Positions 1 through 9,490 of a stretch of DNA of 64,000 nucleotides are shown here, piece after piece. The stretch spans positions 512,001 to 576,000 of the forward strand of contig JAUVXV010000001.1 in assembly GCA_030603365.1 (NCBI GenBank), in the 5' to 3' direction. The notes under the pieces were generated by a model. That model did not search any database. It was not told the DNA's origin and worked only from the letters and a program-made list of their open reading frames with translations. Both the position numbers and the translations under genes were made by a program. The stretch comes from Candidatus Heimdallarchaeota archaeon. GTDB taxonomy: Archaea; Asgardarchaeota; Heimdallarchaeia; Heimdallarchaeales; Heimdallarchaeaceae. The stretch's first letter is position 1. Each line of letters starts with the position of its first letter.

Positions 1-2
1 CA

Positions 3-329
3 AAAATTACTAAGAAATCAGTTGTAACTCAGACAAATGCTGCATTCTTCTACGCTGATGCTGATGCAAGTTTTGAAGATGCCCACAAGTGGCTAGAGTT
101 CTTACTCAAACTACTGATTACTTCCTACAAAATAGAAAAACTAGAGCATCCTTCCTTTACTGAAGGACGATGTGGTAAAATAATAATCAACCAAAAAGAA
201 TGTGGAATAATTGGAGAAATAGCACCAGGAGTGCTAGAGAAAAATCAAATATGGGTTCCTGTGGTTGGTTTTGAAATTGAATTGCCTTTAATACCCATTT
301 TACAATGTAGGATTAAAGAGACATATTAA
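3..329 (+). CDS. pheT: Phenylalanine--tRNA ligase beta subunit, C-terminal part (5' truncated by window edge)
   Basis: Not in the ORF track. Translating frame +3 by hand gives ...LEHPSFTEGRCGKIIINQKECGIIGEIAPGVLEKNQIWVPVVGFEIEL...* (TAA 327-329), which matches the archaeal PheT C-terminal pattern HPSF-x-EGR...GEI-x-P-x-VL...PV-x-x-FEI. Confidence 0.85.
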   Translation, partial: KITKKSVVTQTNAAFFYADADASFEDAHKWLEFLLKLLITSYKIEKLEHPSFTEGRCGKIIINQKECGIIGEIAPGVLEKNQIWVPVVGFEIELPLIPILQCRIKETY

Positions 330-333
330 ATCT

Positions 334-1251
334 CTAATCCTTTCTTTTCTCTTTTAACGTTAAGATTCTATCCCAAATGGTGTCCATCATTTGACTAATG
401 GCTTTTGAACTTTCGGAGGTTTCAACCATTGGTATCTTTGCTTTAGTTGCTTCTTCCACCAGATATGTTTGAATTTTCCTGATTTCCGAAAATGCTTCAA
501 TGTACCTGCTTGATCCTCTTTGTTCAATTTTTGAACCTCTTGATTTGATTCTTCTAGAATGCTCTTCTTCATTTTCTAAATAGAGAAGAATCATTATAAC
601 GTGAGGGTCATTCAATATTTCTGGGTTCAATATATTAGGTGCTAGATGAACTCCTTCTATAATTGTAGTTTCTCTAGAATATAGAGCTGATTGAATAGCG
701 GCTTCAACTCCAACGATAATGTGTCTGCTTTGTTCTTCATATCCCACAATTGATTGTCGTAAGATTGGATTCAAAGTTGGTTTCAAATATTTGTAAGCTT
801 CATAACTACTACTATGAATTTCAGGAATAAGCTTCGTCGAGATTGTTTGTCTAAGAATCTCTCTGATCATATCTGTTCCAATAATATTTGTTATCTCCAA
901 CCTTTCTGAAAGATTTGCGGCTAAGGTACTTTTACCTATGCCTGGAACACCAGCTAGTAAAATGATTATAGGTTTATACTCTTTATTTCTTTCAAAGACC
1001 ACATATCTTTCTGCAAGTTTTTTGTCAACTTTCTCAATCGCTGATGTTATTATCTGCACAAGTTTCTTCTTTGTTTGCGTTTCAGATAATGTACTAACTT
1101 TTTCAGCTACCTTATTTGCTATCTCTTGTGCTTGATTTGTATTCATCCCGATAGAAAAAAGAGATTGAGCTAAAATTCCTTTGGAGAAATATTCATATTT
1201 ATCTTGTTGGGATTTTATACGTAGAAATCTTTCGGAATGATTTTCATTCAT
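334..1251 (-). CDS. 2-phosphoglycerate kinase family P-loop kinase (ATP-cone-like N-terminus), paralogue 1
   Basis: FSKGILAQSL N-terminal motif; Walker A GVPGIGKST; IGTDMIREILR; HSSSYEA; IIEGVHL. Confidence 0.85.
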   Translation of the reverse strand: MNENHSERFLRIKSQQDKYEYFSKGILAQSLFSIGMNTNQAQEIANKVAEKVSTLSETQTKKKLVQIITSAIEKVDKKLAERYVVFERNKEYKPIIILLAGVPGIGKSTLAANLSERLEITNIIGTDMIREILRQTISTKLIPEIHSSSYEAYKYLKPTLNPILRQSIVGYEEQSRHIIVGVEAAIQSALYSRETTIIEGVHLAPNILNPEILNDPHVIMILLYLENEEEHSRRIKSRGSKIEQRGSSRYIEAFSEIRKIQTYLVEEATKAKIPMVETSESSKAISQMMDTIWDRILTLKEKRKD

Positions 1252-1342
1252 TAATTACAATTAGAATTACCCATCTAAAAAGATAACTTTTTTACAGTAT
1301 AATGCATTTTAATATTATAAGCGCTAAATTTGTGGTAATTAA

Positions 1343-2236
1343 ATGGAAAGAGAAGCTCATGTTTTCATTCAGGGAAGAACTAAACAACTATTATCAAGAG
1401 GGATTCTAGCAAAGAAGTTAACCTTACTTGGTTTTTCACCTTCGGAAGGTTATGAGTTTCTTATAGATATTTATGATGATATAATTAATTTGAAGCAAGA
1501 GGTTATTTTAAAGGAGAAAATCGATGAAATTATTTCTTCACATCTAGCTACTTCATACAATGCAACCTTAGCAGATCAGTATTTGAAGGTTGAAGAATGG
1601 AGAGATTCACATATTCCTATATGGATATTAATTGCAGGAGCTATTGGAGCTGGTAAGAGTACACTATCAAGAAGAATTGCAGGAGAGCTTGGGATTCAGC
1701 AAGTTATAGGAACAGATGTGGTTAGAGACATATTAAGGAAAATCCTCTCAAAAGATATTGTTCCAGAATTACACTCCACATCTTATAGCGCATTTAAGAG
1801 TTTAAGACCAATATATAGTTCTAGGTTTGATGAAATTATTCTTGGATTTGAAAACCATTCCAAATTCGTAAATCTTGGTGTAGACGCCGTTCTTTCTAGA
1901 GCTGAAAAAGAAAATGTATCTATCATTATAGAAGGAGAACATCTTTTACCTGCTTTTTTTGATGAAGCAATTCTTTCAAAACCTAATGTTTTATACATCA
2001 CAATTTCTGTTCCTGACTCCGATTTTCATAGGGAAAACTTGAGTTCACAATATACTAAAGAAAAAGAAGAGTTACTAGCTAATTTTGATTATATTAGAAA
2101 AATACAAGAGCATTTGGTGAATGAAACAACAATTAGAAAATTACCTTTAGTTGAAACTATCAAAGGAGAAAGTACCACTAGCAAAGTGAGAAAACTTGTG
2201 ATTGATAAGATAGTATCAATAATTACCTCACAATAG
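1343..2236 (+). CDS. 2-phosphoglycerate kinase family P-loop kinase, paralogue 2
   Basis: LSRGILAKKL; Walker A GAIGAGKST; IGTDVVRDILR; HSTSYSA; IIEGEHL. Aligns throughout with 334..1251. Confidence 0.85.
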   Translation: MEREAHVFIQGRTKQLLSRGILAKKLTLLGFSPSEGYEFLIDIYDDIINLKQEVILKEKIDEIISSHLATSYNATLADQYLKVEEWRDSHIPIWILIAGAIGAGKSTLSRRIAGELGIQQVIGTDVVRDILRKILSKDIVPELHSTSYSAFKSLRPIYSSRFDEIILGFENHSKFVNLGVDAVLSRAEKENVSIIIEGEHLLPAFFDEAILSKPNVLYITISVPDSDFHRENLSSQYTKEKEELLANFDYIRKIQEHLVNETTIRKLPLVETIKGESTTSKVRKLVIDKIVSIITSQ

Positions 2237-2341
2237 GAATTTTTTAAAGTTATAAATTTACTTTGCAATAGCCAATGATGTATTTGCAACGACCTGATAA
2301 TTGATGATCGACTTTTGGCTGAGGCATTAAATGTGATAGAA

Positions 2342-2614
2342 ATGTCAGAAAACTATTGTTATGTTCACAAAGGAAAGATTGCTACAAATGACTGTGAAAG
2401 ATGTGGCTATCCAATTTGTGATGATTGTTCTAATTCATACTGGCAAACTAATGCAATTACATCCATGTTTCAACCTAAGAAAAGTGAAGAAAAAGAAATG
2501 GTTTTATGCAAAACTTGCTTAAAATCAACTCGTATTCGTAATGGAATATTTACAGGTTTTATGTTAATATTAGTTTTGGGAATGATTGCATTTTTCATTA
2601 TATCCGCCGTTTAA
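2342..2614 (+). CDS. Small B-box-like Zn-finger protein with C-terminal transmembrane helix
   Basis: CYVH-x8-CERC-x4-CDDC...CKTC followed by hydrophobic tail GIFTGFMLILVLGMIAFFIISAV. ATG 2342 preferred over TTG 2315. Confidence 0.7.
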   Translation: MSENYCYVHKGKIATNDCERCGYPICDDCSNSYWQTNAITSMFQPKKSEEKEMVLCKTCLKSTRIRNGIFTGFMLILVLGMIAFFIISAV

Positions 2615-2632
2615 ACAACAAATTATGTTGGC

Positions 2633-3565
2633 TTATCCAGTTTTTGTTTCCCTGTCAACATCATTTTCTTTCTCTTTTTCATCTTTAGTTTCTTCGAAGT
2701 TTTCTTCACTTTCCGATTCAATTTCAATAGCTTCAATTTCTTTAATCAAATCGGTATCACAAATGGGGCAAATGGTTAAATCACTTGAAATAATGGAACC
2801 ACAAGAGAAACAAGTTATTGGAAAAACCTCTTCTTCTTCCCAATCAAATGTATAGGGTTTTTTCCCCCATGATTCTTTTCTCCATTTATCCATATCAACT
2901 TCACCATCTTCAGTTAAGAAATCTTTAATATCCACACTTTCAACAATTGTCATTCTTTTCATCACAAATTTATTGTAAAAATATATCAATAGCGGGAAAA
3001 ACACTATGTGTGCTATTAATATTGTTAGAAAAATATAACTTATTGACACTTCAGTGATTTTAAGAGTAACAGGAAGAGTCAATGTAACTATAAGAGAGGA
3101 TATTGCAAAAGTTACTAACTCAAGAAATAAGAAACTAATGATAGAAAGACCTGCAATTTCTAATGTATCCTTTATTACAGTTTTTAGTACAACTTTTTTT
3201 GATTGATTCTTCACATCTAGTCTAAGATATTCAAGATAAGTTTTGAAAAGGCTCAAGTTTGTTTTTGTTATCAATGCAATAAATAGAAATGTTACTAGTA
3301 ACGAAAATAAGAACAAGAGAATACTTATCCACCAATTAAAAACGAGATATCTTAATACAAGTACTGGACCGCTTACAACGCCAAGTAGGTTAATATCTGT
3401 TTGTCTTAGAACTGAATATATTTTTCCTGACACCACAAATACAAATAACAAATAATATAGGAAAATAAAAATCAGAGAAATAATGTTTCCCAAACCTTGG
3501 TTTCTTCTTTTTATTGCCTTTTTTTGTCTATTCCAGGGATAAACTGGTTGAATAAGATTCGACAT
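2633..3565 (-). CDS. Multi-pass membrane protein with C-terminal Zn ribbon and acidic tail
   Basis: About 4 hydrophobic helices; CFSC-x10-CPIC near the C-terminus. ATG 3565 (MSNLIQ) preferred; the ORF is open to 3604. Confidence 0.7.
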   Translation of the reverse strand: MSNLIQPVYPWNRQKKAIKRRNQGLGNIISLIFIFLYYLLFVFVVSGKIYSVLRQTDINLLGVVSGPVLVLRYLVFNWWISILLFLFSLLVTFLFIALITKTNLSLFKTYLEYLRLDVKNQSKKVVLKTVIKDTLEIAGLSIISFLFLELVTFAISSLIVTLTLPVTLKITEVSISYIFLTILIAHIVFFPLLIYFYNKFVMKRMTIVESVDIKDFLTEDGEVDMDKWRKESWGKKPYTFDWEEEEVFPITCFSCGSIISSDLTICPICDTDLIKEIEAIEIESESEENFEETKDEKEKENDVDRETKTG

Positions 3566-3615
3566 TAATACAAAATTCCAGTGCAAGATATTAAATATTA
3601 TCATATTTAGATTAG

Positions 3616-3632
3616 AAAAAAGATTTTATAAA
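3616..3632 (+). promoter_or_regulatory. Probable BRE/TATA box of kae1 operon
   Basis: Purine run AAAAAAGA followed by TTTTATAAA (3624-3632), about 25 nt before ATG 3658. This geometry is typical of leaderless archaeal mRNAs. Confidence 0.4.
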
Positions 3633-3657
3633 CTGTGTTAATCACTTTGTGATACTA

Positions 3658-4653
3658 ATGATCTCTCTAGGAATTGAAAGCTCTGCTGATAAGCTTGGTA
3701 TAGGTCTGATAGATAGTGATGGAAATATTCTGTCAAATATTAGACAGACCTATAAACCACCCTTTGGTAGTGGAATTCATCCTAGAGAAGCTTCCGAATT
3801 TCATTCAACTAATATGCCTGCAGCAATTGAAGAAGCTTTTCAGCAAGCAGGAATAGCTCCTGAAGAAATTGATTTAATCTCATTCACAAAAGGACCAGGT
3901 TTAGGACCATGTTTAAGAATAGGAGTTATTGCAGCTCGAACTTTAGCTTTGTCCTTAAACAAACCATTGATGCCAGTCAACCATCCGATTGCTCATGTGG
4001 AAATTGGTTGTTTGGAAGGAGACCTCAAAGATCCGGTTGTTTTATACGTCTCAGGAGGAAATACTCAAGTTATAGCTTTCTCTGAAGGAAGATATAGGGT
4101 GTTTGGTGAAACTCTTGATATCCCTGTAGGAAATTGCCTTGATGTATTTGGACGAAATGCAGGTTTAAGTGATAAACAGTTACCTATGGGTAGAGTTATT
4201 GAGCTTGAAGCTCTTAAAGGATCAAAGTTTGTCGATATTCCCTATGTTATAAAAGGAATGGATGTGTCATTTTCTGGTATTTTAACTCATACAACTAAAT
4301 TGCTTAGCTCAAACAACTATGATTTAACTGATATAGCTTATAGTCTTCAAGAAACTGTTTTTTCTATGTTAGTAGAAGTAACAGAACGTGCTTTAGCTCA
4401 CACGAGGAAAGAAGAAGTTCTTGTCTGCGGTGGGGTTGCTGCAAATAAAAGATTAAAAGAAATGCTAAATGAGATGTCTCTATCACATAATGCAGTATTC
4501 AAAGGTCTAGATGCAAACCTTGCTCTAGATAATGGGGTTATGATCGCTTGGCTGGGAATTTTGATGCATAATTCAGGAGTTAAAGCTAAACTTGAAGATA
4601 CAATTATTGACCAACATTATAGACCTGAAGACGTTCCAGTGACTTGGAAATAA
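3658..4653 (+). CDS. kae1: KEOPS complex N6-L-threonylcarbamoyladenine synthase Kae1
   Basis: LGIESSAD, GIHPREA, GPGLGPCL, VNHPIAHVEIG, LYVSGGNTQV, FGETLDI, GGVAANKRL, DNGVMIAW. Confidence 0.97.
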   Translation: MISLGIESSADKLGIGLIDSDGNILSNIRQTYKPPFGSGIHPREASEFHSTNMPAAIEEAFQQAGIAPEEIDLISFTKGPGLGPCLRIGVIAARTLALSLNKPLMPVNHPIAHVEIGCLEGDLKDPVVLYVSGGNTQVIAFSEGRYRVFGETLDIPVGNCLDVFGRNAGLSDKQLPMGRVIELEALKGSKFVDIPYVIKGMDVSFSGILTHTTKLLSSNNYDLTDIAYSLQETVFSMLVEVTERALAHTRKEEVLVCGGVAANKRLKEMLNEMSLSHNAVFKGLDANLALDNGVMIAWLGILMHNSGVKAKLEDTIIDQHYRPEDVPVTWK

Positions 4654-4666
4654 ACTAGTGATTATT

Positions 4667-5977
4667 ATGGCGCTTGCAATGGTGTTTGACTTATCAAAGA
4701 AGAACTTCTACAGTCTTACATCACTTATTGCTACTCTTGACTTAGATGATGATTTGAAGGAAATAGATGTATTGACAAATGAAAATATTGATGCCAATGT
4801 GATAAAATCTCTTCTTGTTAAATACACACAACTAGTTGTTGGATTTTCATTTCGAACTGCGCAGTTACCTGAGATTTATGAAAGAATGTCTGTAATCTTC
4901 TCAAACTTAAAACCTTTAGAATTAGAAAAAGTGATTTTTATAGCGGGAGGAAGTCATCCCTCAGGAAGTCCTTTAACAACTCTAAAAACAGGTTTTGATT
5001 TTGTTTTTGTTGGAGAAGCTGAATTTTCCTTGCCTTTCTTCTTAAAACAAATAATCACAAATCAAGACGTTCATAAAACTCCAGGAATAGCATATCTTGA
5101 CGATATTGATACACATAAAACAACAACAAATCCACCTCCAATAAATCTTGATGATTATCCACTTATATCTAAATCCCGAGGTCTTTATCCACCTCTCGAA
5201 ATCACTCGAGGCTGTACTTTTGGCTGTACATTCTGCCAGGTACCAACTTTGTTTGGCCATCGTATAAGACACAGATCAATTGAAATTATAACAGATACTG
5301 TAGAGTGGATGGCTAGAAGAAAATTAAATGATATTCGTTTTATTACTCCAAATTCATTCGGTTATATGTCTTCAAAACCAAGAGATGTAAATCAAGATGC
5401 TATTGTAACATTATTATCTTCAATCCGTAAAACTGAAGGTATTAGAAACCTGTATTTTGGGACTTTTCCAGGAGAAGTTCGTCCTGAAACTGTTTCAAAG
5501 GAACTTATGAAGGAGATTAAACCTTACCTATCAAATACTAGAATCTCTTTAGGATTACAGTCAGGAAGCAATGATGTACTCAAGAATATTCACAGAGGAC
5601 ATTCAGTTGAAGAAGGAATAGATGCAATTAATATCTTGCTAGGTACCGGATTTACTCCTGTTGTTGATATTATAATAGGTCTTCCTAACGCTTCAGAAGA
5701 AGATGAACTAAAGACTATCCAAGTTATTGAAGAATTAACAAAACGAGATATTTTCATTAGAGCTCATATTTTTATGCCCCTACCAGGTACAAAATTGGAA
5801 GATACTCAATTCAAACCAGTCTATCCTAAGATAAGAAAGATGTTAGGAAAATTAAGCTCTAAAGGAAAAATAGAAGGAAATTGGACTAATCAAGAAAAGT
5901 ATGCAAGTAACGCGTGGAAAACAAGTCAGAAATTACTTGAATTTCCTCCAATTATGAAACCAAATAGTGGCTTATAA
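4667..5977 (+). CDS. B12-binding-domain/radical SAM protein (MJ1487/TIGR04013-like)
   Basis: IAGGSHPS and FVGEAE (cobalamin-binding-type N-domain); EITRGCTFGCTFCQVP (CxxxCxxC); YFGTFPGEVRPE; GLQSGS; HIFMPLPGT. Confidence 0.85.
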   Translation: MALAMVFDLSKKNFYSLTSLIATLDLDDDLKEIDVLTNENIDANVIKSLLVKYTQLVVGFSFRTAQLPEIYERMSVIFSNLKPLELEKVIFIAGGSHPSGSPLTTLKTGFDFVFVGEAEFSLPFFLKQIITNQDVHKTPGIAYLDDIDTHKTTTNPPPINLDDYPLISKSRGLYPPLEITRGCTFGCTFCQVPTLFGHRIRHRSIEIITDTVEWMARRKLNDIRFITPNSFGYMSSKPRDVNQDAIVTLLSSIRKTEGIRNLYFGTFPGEVRPETVSKELMKEIKPYLSNTRISLGLQSGSNDVLKNIHRGHSVEEGIDAINILLGTGFTPVVDIIIGLPNASEEDELKTIQVIEELTKRDIFIRAHIFMPLPGTKLEDTQFKPVYPKIRKMLGKLSSKGKIEGNWTNQEKYASNAWKTSQKLLEFPPIMKPNSGL

Positions 5978-6644
5978 CTTGATCTTCTTTTAAATGCCTA
6001 GCTCTTGCTTCTGCTTTTGCAGTTCTTCTAAAAACACTTATAGCTTTATCCATTGTCTTCCTATAACCTTCTTGAAACGCAAAAAAGAATTCTTTATCAG
6101 ATTGTGTATGAGTACTAGTAAAACATTTTTTCATAAGTAAGATATCCACGGCTTTATCTTCAATTGTTTGAGAAAATTTTCCTAAACCAAAATCTATGAA
6201 AATCAACTCATTATCTCGAATTAGTATATTACTTGTTGTTAGATCTCCATGTATAATGTCATTTGTATGCAAGATGCCAACTTTATCACCGATTTGTCTA
6301 ACTAGTTTTAATTTTTCATCAAGCGATTTAGTACTTTTCAACCAGTCCTTTACTAGAATTCCATCTATGTTTTCCATTATTATACTAGTATCATCCAAAT
6401 CAATTTCAAAGACATTAGGTGTTTTAACACCTATTTTTTTTGCAGCTATTAATAATTTTGATTCGGCAATAGTTCTACTTATTCTTAATTCTTCATCAAT
6501 CTCAGAAATTCTATATTTCTTAGGAATTCTGGTTTTTTTGATAACATTAAACCCAAACCAACATTCCTTAAAAAGAAAAGCTTCAGCTCCCCATGAATCA
6601 TATTGATGAAATGAGTTCTTTTGATCTTCCTTGTTATCTTTCAC
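5952..6644 (-). CDS. bud32: KEOPS complex kinase Bud32
   Basis: GAEA, KTRIPKKYR, RTIAESKLL, IIHGDLTTSNIL, FIDFGLG, EDKAVD. Confidence 0.95.
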   Translation of the reverse strand: MKDNKEDQKNSFHQYDSWGAEAFLFKECWFGFNVIKKTRIPKKYRISEIDEELRISRTIAESKLLIAAKKIGVKTPNVFEIDLDDTSIIMENIDGILVKDWLKSTKSLDEKLKLVRQIGDKVGILHTNDIIHGDLTTSNILIRDNELIFIDFGLGKFSQTIEDKAVDILLMKKCFTSTHTQSDKEFFFAFQEGYRKTMDKAISVFRRTAKAEARARHLKEDQVISHYLVS

Positions 6645-7680
6645 TTCTTATCCCTTCTAAATTTCTCAATGCGTTTATTATTTCGTCACCTTTAGGTTTA
6701 TCGAGAATTATTTCTTTAAGTTTTAATGTCTCTTTTTCTGAAGTTACAGTCCCGATAATGGAACAAGGTATTTGATACTCTATTAGAAATTCACGAATCT
6801 GAGTAGCTTTATGGTTGTCTGTAGCTAAGATGATTAAACCTGAAGAAATAAGTCTATATGGATCAAACTGCAGCCATTTAGATAATTTCTCTAATACTGG
6901 GTGTATTGTAGGCTCTTCGTTAAGTAATATTCCCACCTTTCTGTGAGCTAAAATCTCACTCAAAGCTCCATAAACACCACCTTCAGTAGCATCATGGATT
7001 AATACAGGTCTGAATTCTTTGTTGATGATATTCGCAATTTCTGTTAAACTGAGTCTTTCACCTATTCGAATCCCTTCTTCTAATTCTTCTTCATCAAGAA
7101 TTCTTTTAATTGATTCTTTAGCTTCAGATATTATTATCCCCATACCCTCTGCACCTATCTCCCCAACAAGAAGTATTTTGTCCCCAACAGTTAATTTGTT
7201 TGGAACATAGTAATTCTTTGTAACAAAACCTATCATGTGTCCAGAAATAACAATGCTTTGAACTGATTCAGAAATTTCTGTGTGACCACCCAAGATGCTG
7301 ATTCCTAAGTCTAAACATTGTTGATGTATTTGCTTTTGTATTAACTCTATCTTACTAAAAGATGTATCCGGAGGTGCGATAATGGATGCTAAGAAACCAT
7401 AAGGTAATGCTCCTGTGCATGAAATATCATTCGCATTAACTATAACCACATACCTACCAGGTTCAGATGTGGGAAAAGTAACGGGATCTGATTTAATGAC
7501 AAGGAAAATTTCAGAAGAATCTTCATAATACTCTTGAACTTTCTGTTTAGCTAATGAGATATTTAAAGCAGCAGCATCTGTCCCTACCCTACCAGAACTA
7601 ATGATTCCTACGTTTTCATAACCTTTCATTTTTAAGATCTCTTCAAGAAGAGAAATTTCTAGTTTACCTTTGTCCATCAT
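6634..7680 (-). CDS. AIR synthase-related (PurM/HypE/ThiL-fold) protein
   Basis: GKL, GTDAA, KSDPVT, VNANDI, ILGGHTE, HDATEGGVYGAL, DPYRLISSG. Confidence 0.85.
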   Translation of the reverse strand: MMDKGKLEISLLEEILKMKGYENVGIISSGRVGTDAAALNISLAKQKVQEYYEDSSEIFLVIKSDPVTFPTSEPGRYVVIVNANDISCTGALPYGFLASIIAPPDTSFSKIELIQKQIHQQCLDLGISILGGHTEISESVQSIVISGHMIGFVTKNYYVPNKLTVGDKILLVGEIGAEGMGIIISEAKESIKRILDEEELEEGIRIGERLSLTEIANIINKEFRPVLIHDATEGGVYGALSEILAHRKVGILLNEEPTIHPVLEKLSKWLQFDPYRLISSGLIILATDNHKATQIREFLIEYQIPCSIIGTVTSEKETLKLKEIILDKPKGDEIINALRNLEGIRSER

Positions 7681-7744
7681 TATTCCAATAAATTCAGATT
7701 TCTAAAAGTTTTTTACAAATGATAAAAACTATTTTTTTAAATTT

Positions 7745-8713
7745 CTAGAAACCCATTGTGTTTAGAATGTGCTTGATTATCTTAAATTTATAACCTACAT
7801 TAATAACATCATTCACATTTGTTGTCATTCCAACAAGTATCTTACCATCAGTGCTTTCTTCCACTATAATTTGGACTACTTCAGCATTCAATGCCTTAAT
7901 TTCATCTTCAGAATTTATCATTTCATAGATAACTCGTGGAAATTGTGTAATGGTTTCCAGTACATAAATGATCTTCCTTTCTTCTAGATTTCCAGCATAT
8001 AACTCTCCAATAGCACCATCTTTCTTAGCATAGATATAAGCTGCTGCAGATGGAGATTTACATCCTCTTATGGAAGAAAACAACAAAGAAGTTATAGCTC
8101 TTTTGTTTGCTTCATCGAGAATTTCCTGTGTCATTTCACTTGCATGAATTCGTGGTACAGATTCGAAAGGTCGGATTTTCTCGAATTCCTCTGCTTTTGA
8201 TTCAGCTGTTAATTCACTACGTTCTTCTTCATGGGGAATATCTAATGTGAGGGGTTCAACTTCCATTCTTTCAATTCCTAGACGGGAATAGATTCTATCA
8301 ATTTGATTTCTGACACGATCAGGTGATTGATCATATGAATAACCGCAGGTTTTTATGAGTAAATTTTCATTTCCGTGAGTTGTTAGATTTCTAATTATGT
8401 TTTGACTCAAAGTTGTTACATAGTTAAGTATAACAGGTCGAATTTCAGCAGCTATATTTTCTACTCTTGATACAAAAAGAAGTGTTAGATCAATGAAGGT
8501 AATATATGTAGCTCTGAATTTACCTCTGAAAATAGTAATCTCATTATATCTTCTTACCCATTGATAGAATTCTATCGGATGAATGAAATAACTGTGAATT
8601 TCAGTTTTTTCTACTTCACTTTTTGCATTTTCCAGTTCAAAAATGTTATTTCCCTTTAAATCATAGATTATAACAGCTACTAAAGGAGTGATGTTTGTCT
8701 TTGGAAAAGGCAT
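7745..8713 (-). CDS. Putative longin-like N-domain + roadblock-like C-domain protein (paralogue A)
   Basis: N-terminus AVIIYDLKGNNIF has the beta-beta-alpha-beta pattern of longin/sigma-adaptin folds. The C-terminal ~125 aa aligns with 8892..9473 and 10194..11270. Fold assignments are inferred. Confidence 0.55.
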   Translation of the reverse strand: MPFPKTNITPLVAVIIYDLKGNNIFELENAKSEVEKTEIHSYFIHPIEFYQWVRRYNEITIFRGKFRATYITFIDLTLLFVSRVENIAAEIRPVILNYVTTLSQNIIRNLTTHGNENLLIKTCGYSYDQSPDRVRNQIDRIYSRLGIERMEVEPLTLDIPHEEERSELTAESKAEEFEKIRPFESVPRIHASEMTQEILDEANKRAITSLLFSSIRGCKSPSAAAYIYAKKDGAIGELYAGNLEERKIIYVLETITQFPRVIYEMINSEDEIKALNAEVVQIIVEESTDGKILVGMTTNVNDVINVGYKFKIIKHILNTMGF

Positions 8714-8891
8714 AAGACCTCAACTAGAATGTAATATGTGATTATTCGCTAATAAATATATCTCAACTGTCCTATCATAGTACGAAAATTTCTAGTTTCA
8801 TAAGAATCAAGAACAAATTACTATTTTTCCCCTTTAATAGTAAGGAAATATTTTTAGAGTTTTACGATATATTAAATTCTGAGGAAGATTA

Positions 8892-9473
8892 ATGAATACT
8901 AAAAAGACTTCAGATGATTCCCCATCTTCAAAAATATCTTCTCGTAAAAGAAAAGCCTCTAAGAAGGATATTTTTGTTGAGATGGAAGAAGTTGCATACG
9001 AGACTTTGAAAATTCCTAAAAAGAAATTAAAATCTGGACAATACCTCCGAGATTTTCTTACTCAGACATCATCAGTTAGTGAAGTTAAAGAAGCGATACG
9101 AGTTACAATTGATGCATTACTTGATAGCATAGCAAGTGATTTACAATCCTTGTCGGCAGCATCATTAGTACCACACCCAGAAAGTGAAGATATGAGGGTG
9201 ATCGTAAGAGGACCCCTTAGTAAAGATGTGGTAAAGAAAATACTTGTAATTTTTCAAAAATACCCACCAGTTATTAATGATTTACTAGGGTCTGATGAAG
9301 AAATCAAAGTTTTAGATACAGGTATTGGTTTTGTTGTTTTAGAAAATTGTCAAAAGGACAATTATCTGGTCGGAATCACTCAGCAACAAAAAGATGTTGA
9401 TGAACTATCAAGAAAATTAAGACATGTTCAGAATGTGGTCATAAAAAACACACTACTTCTAGAGGACATCTAG
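8892..9473 (+). CDS. Roadblock-like domain protein with basic/Ser-rich disordered N-terminus (paralogue B)
   Basis: Shared motifs FQKYPPVI, DEEIKVLDTG, VVLEN, LVGIT; N-terminal SSKISSRKRKASKK. Confidence 0.55.
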   Translation: MNTKKTSDDSPSSKISSRKRKASKKDIFVEMEEVAYETLKIPKKKLKSGQYLRDFLTQTSSVSEVKEAIRVTIDALLDSIASDLQSLSAASLVPHPESEDMRVIVRGPLSKDVVKKILVIFQKYPPVINDLLGSDEEIKVLDTGIGFVVLENCQKDNYLVGITQQQKDVDELSRKLRHVQNVVIKNTLLLEDI

Positions 9474-9490
9474 TTGAAGAAATAGGCAAA

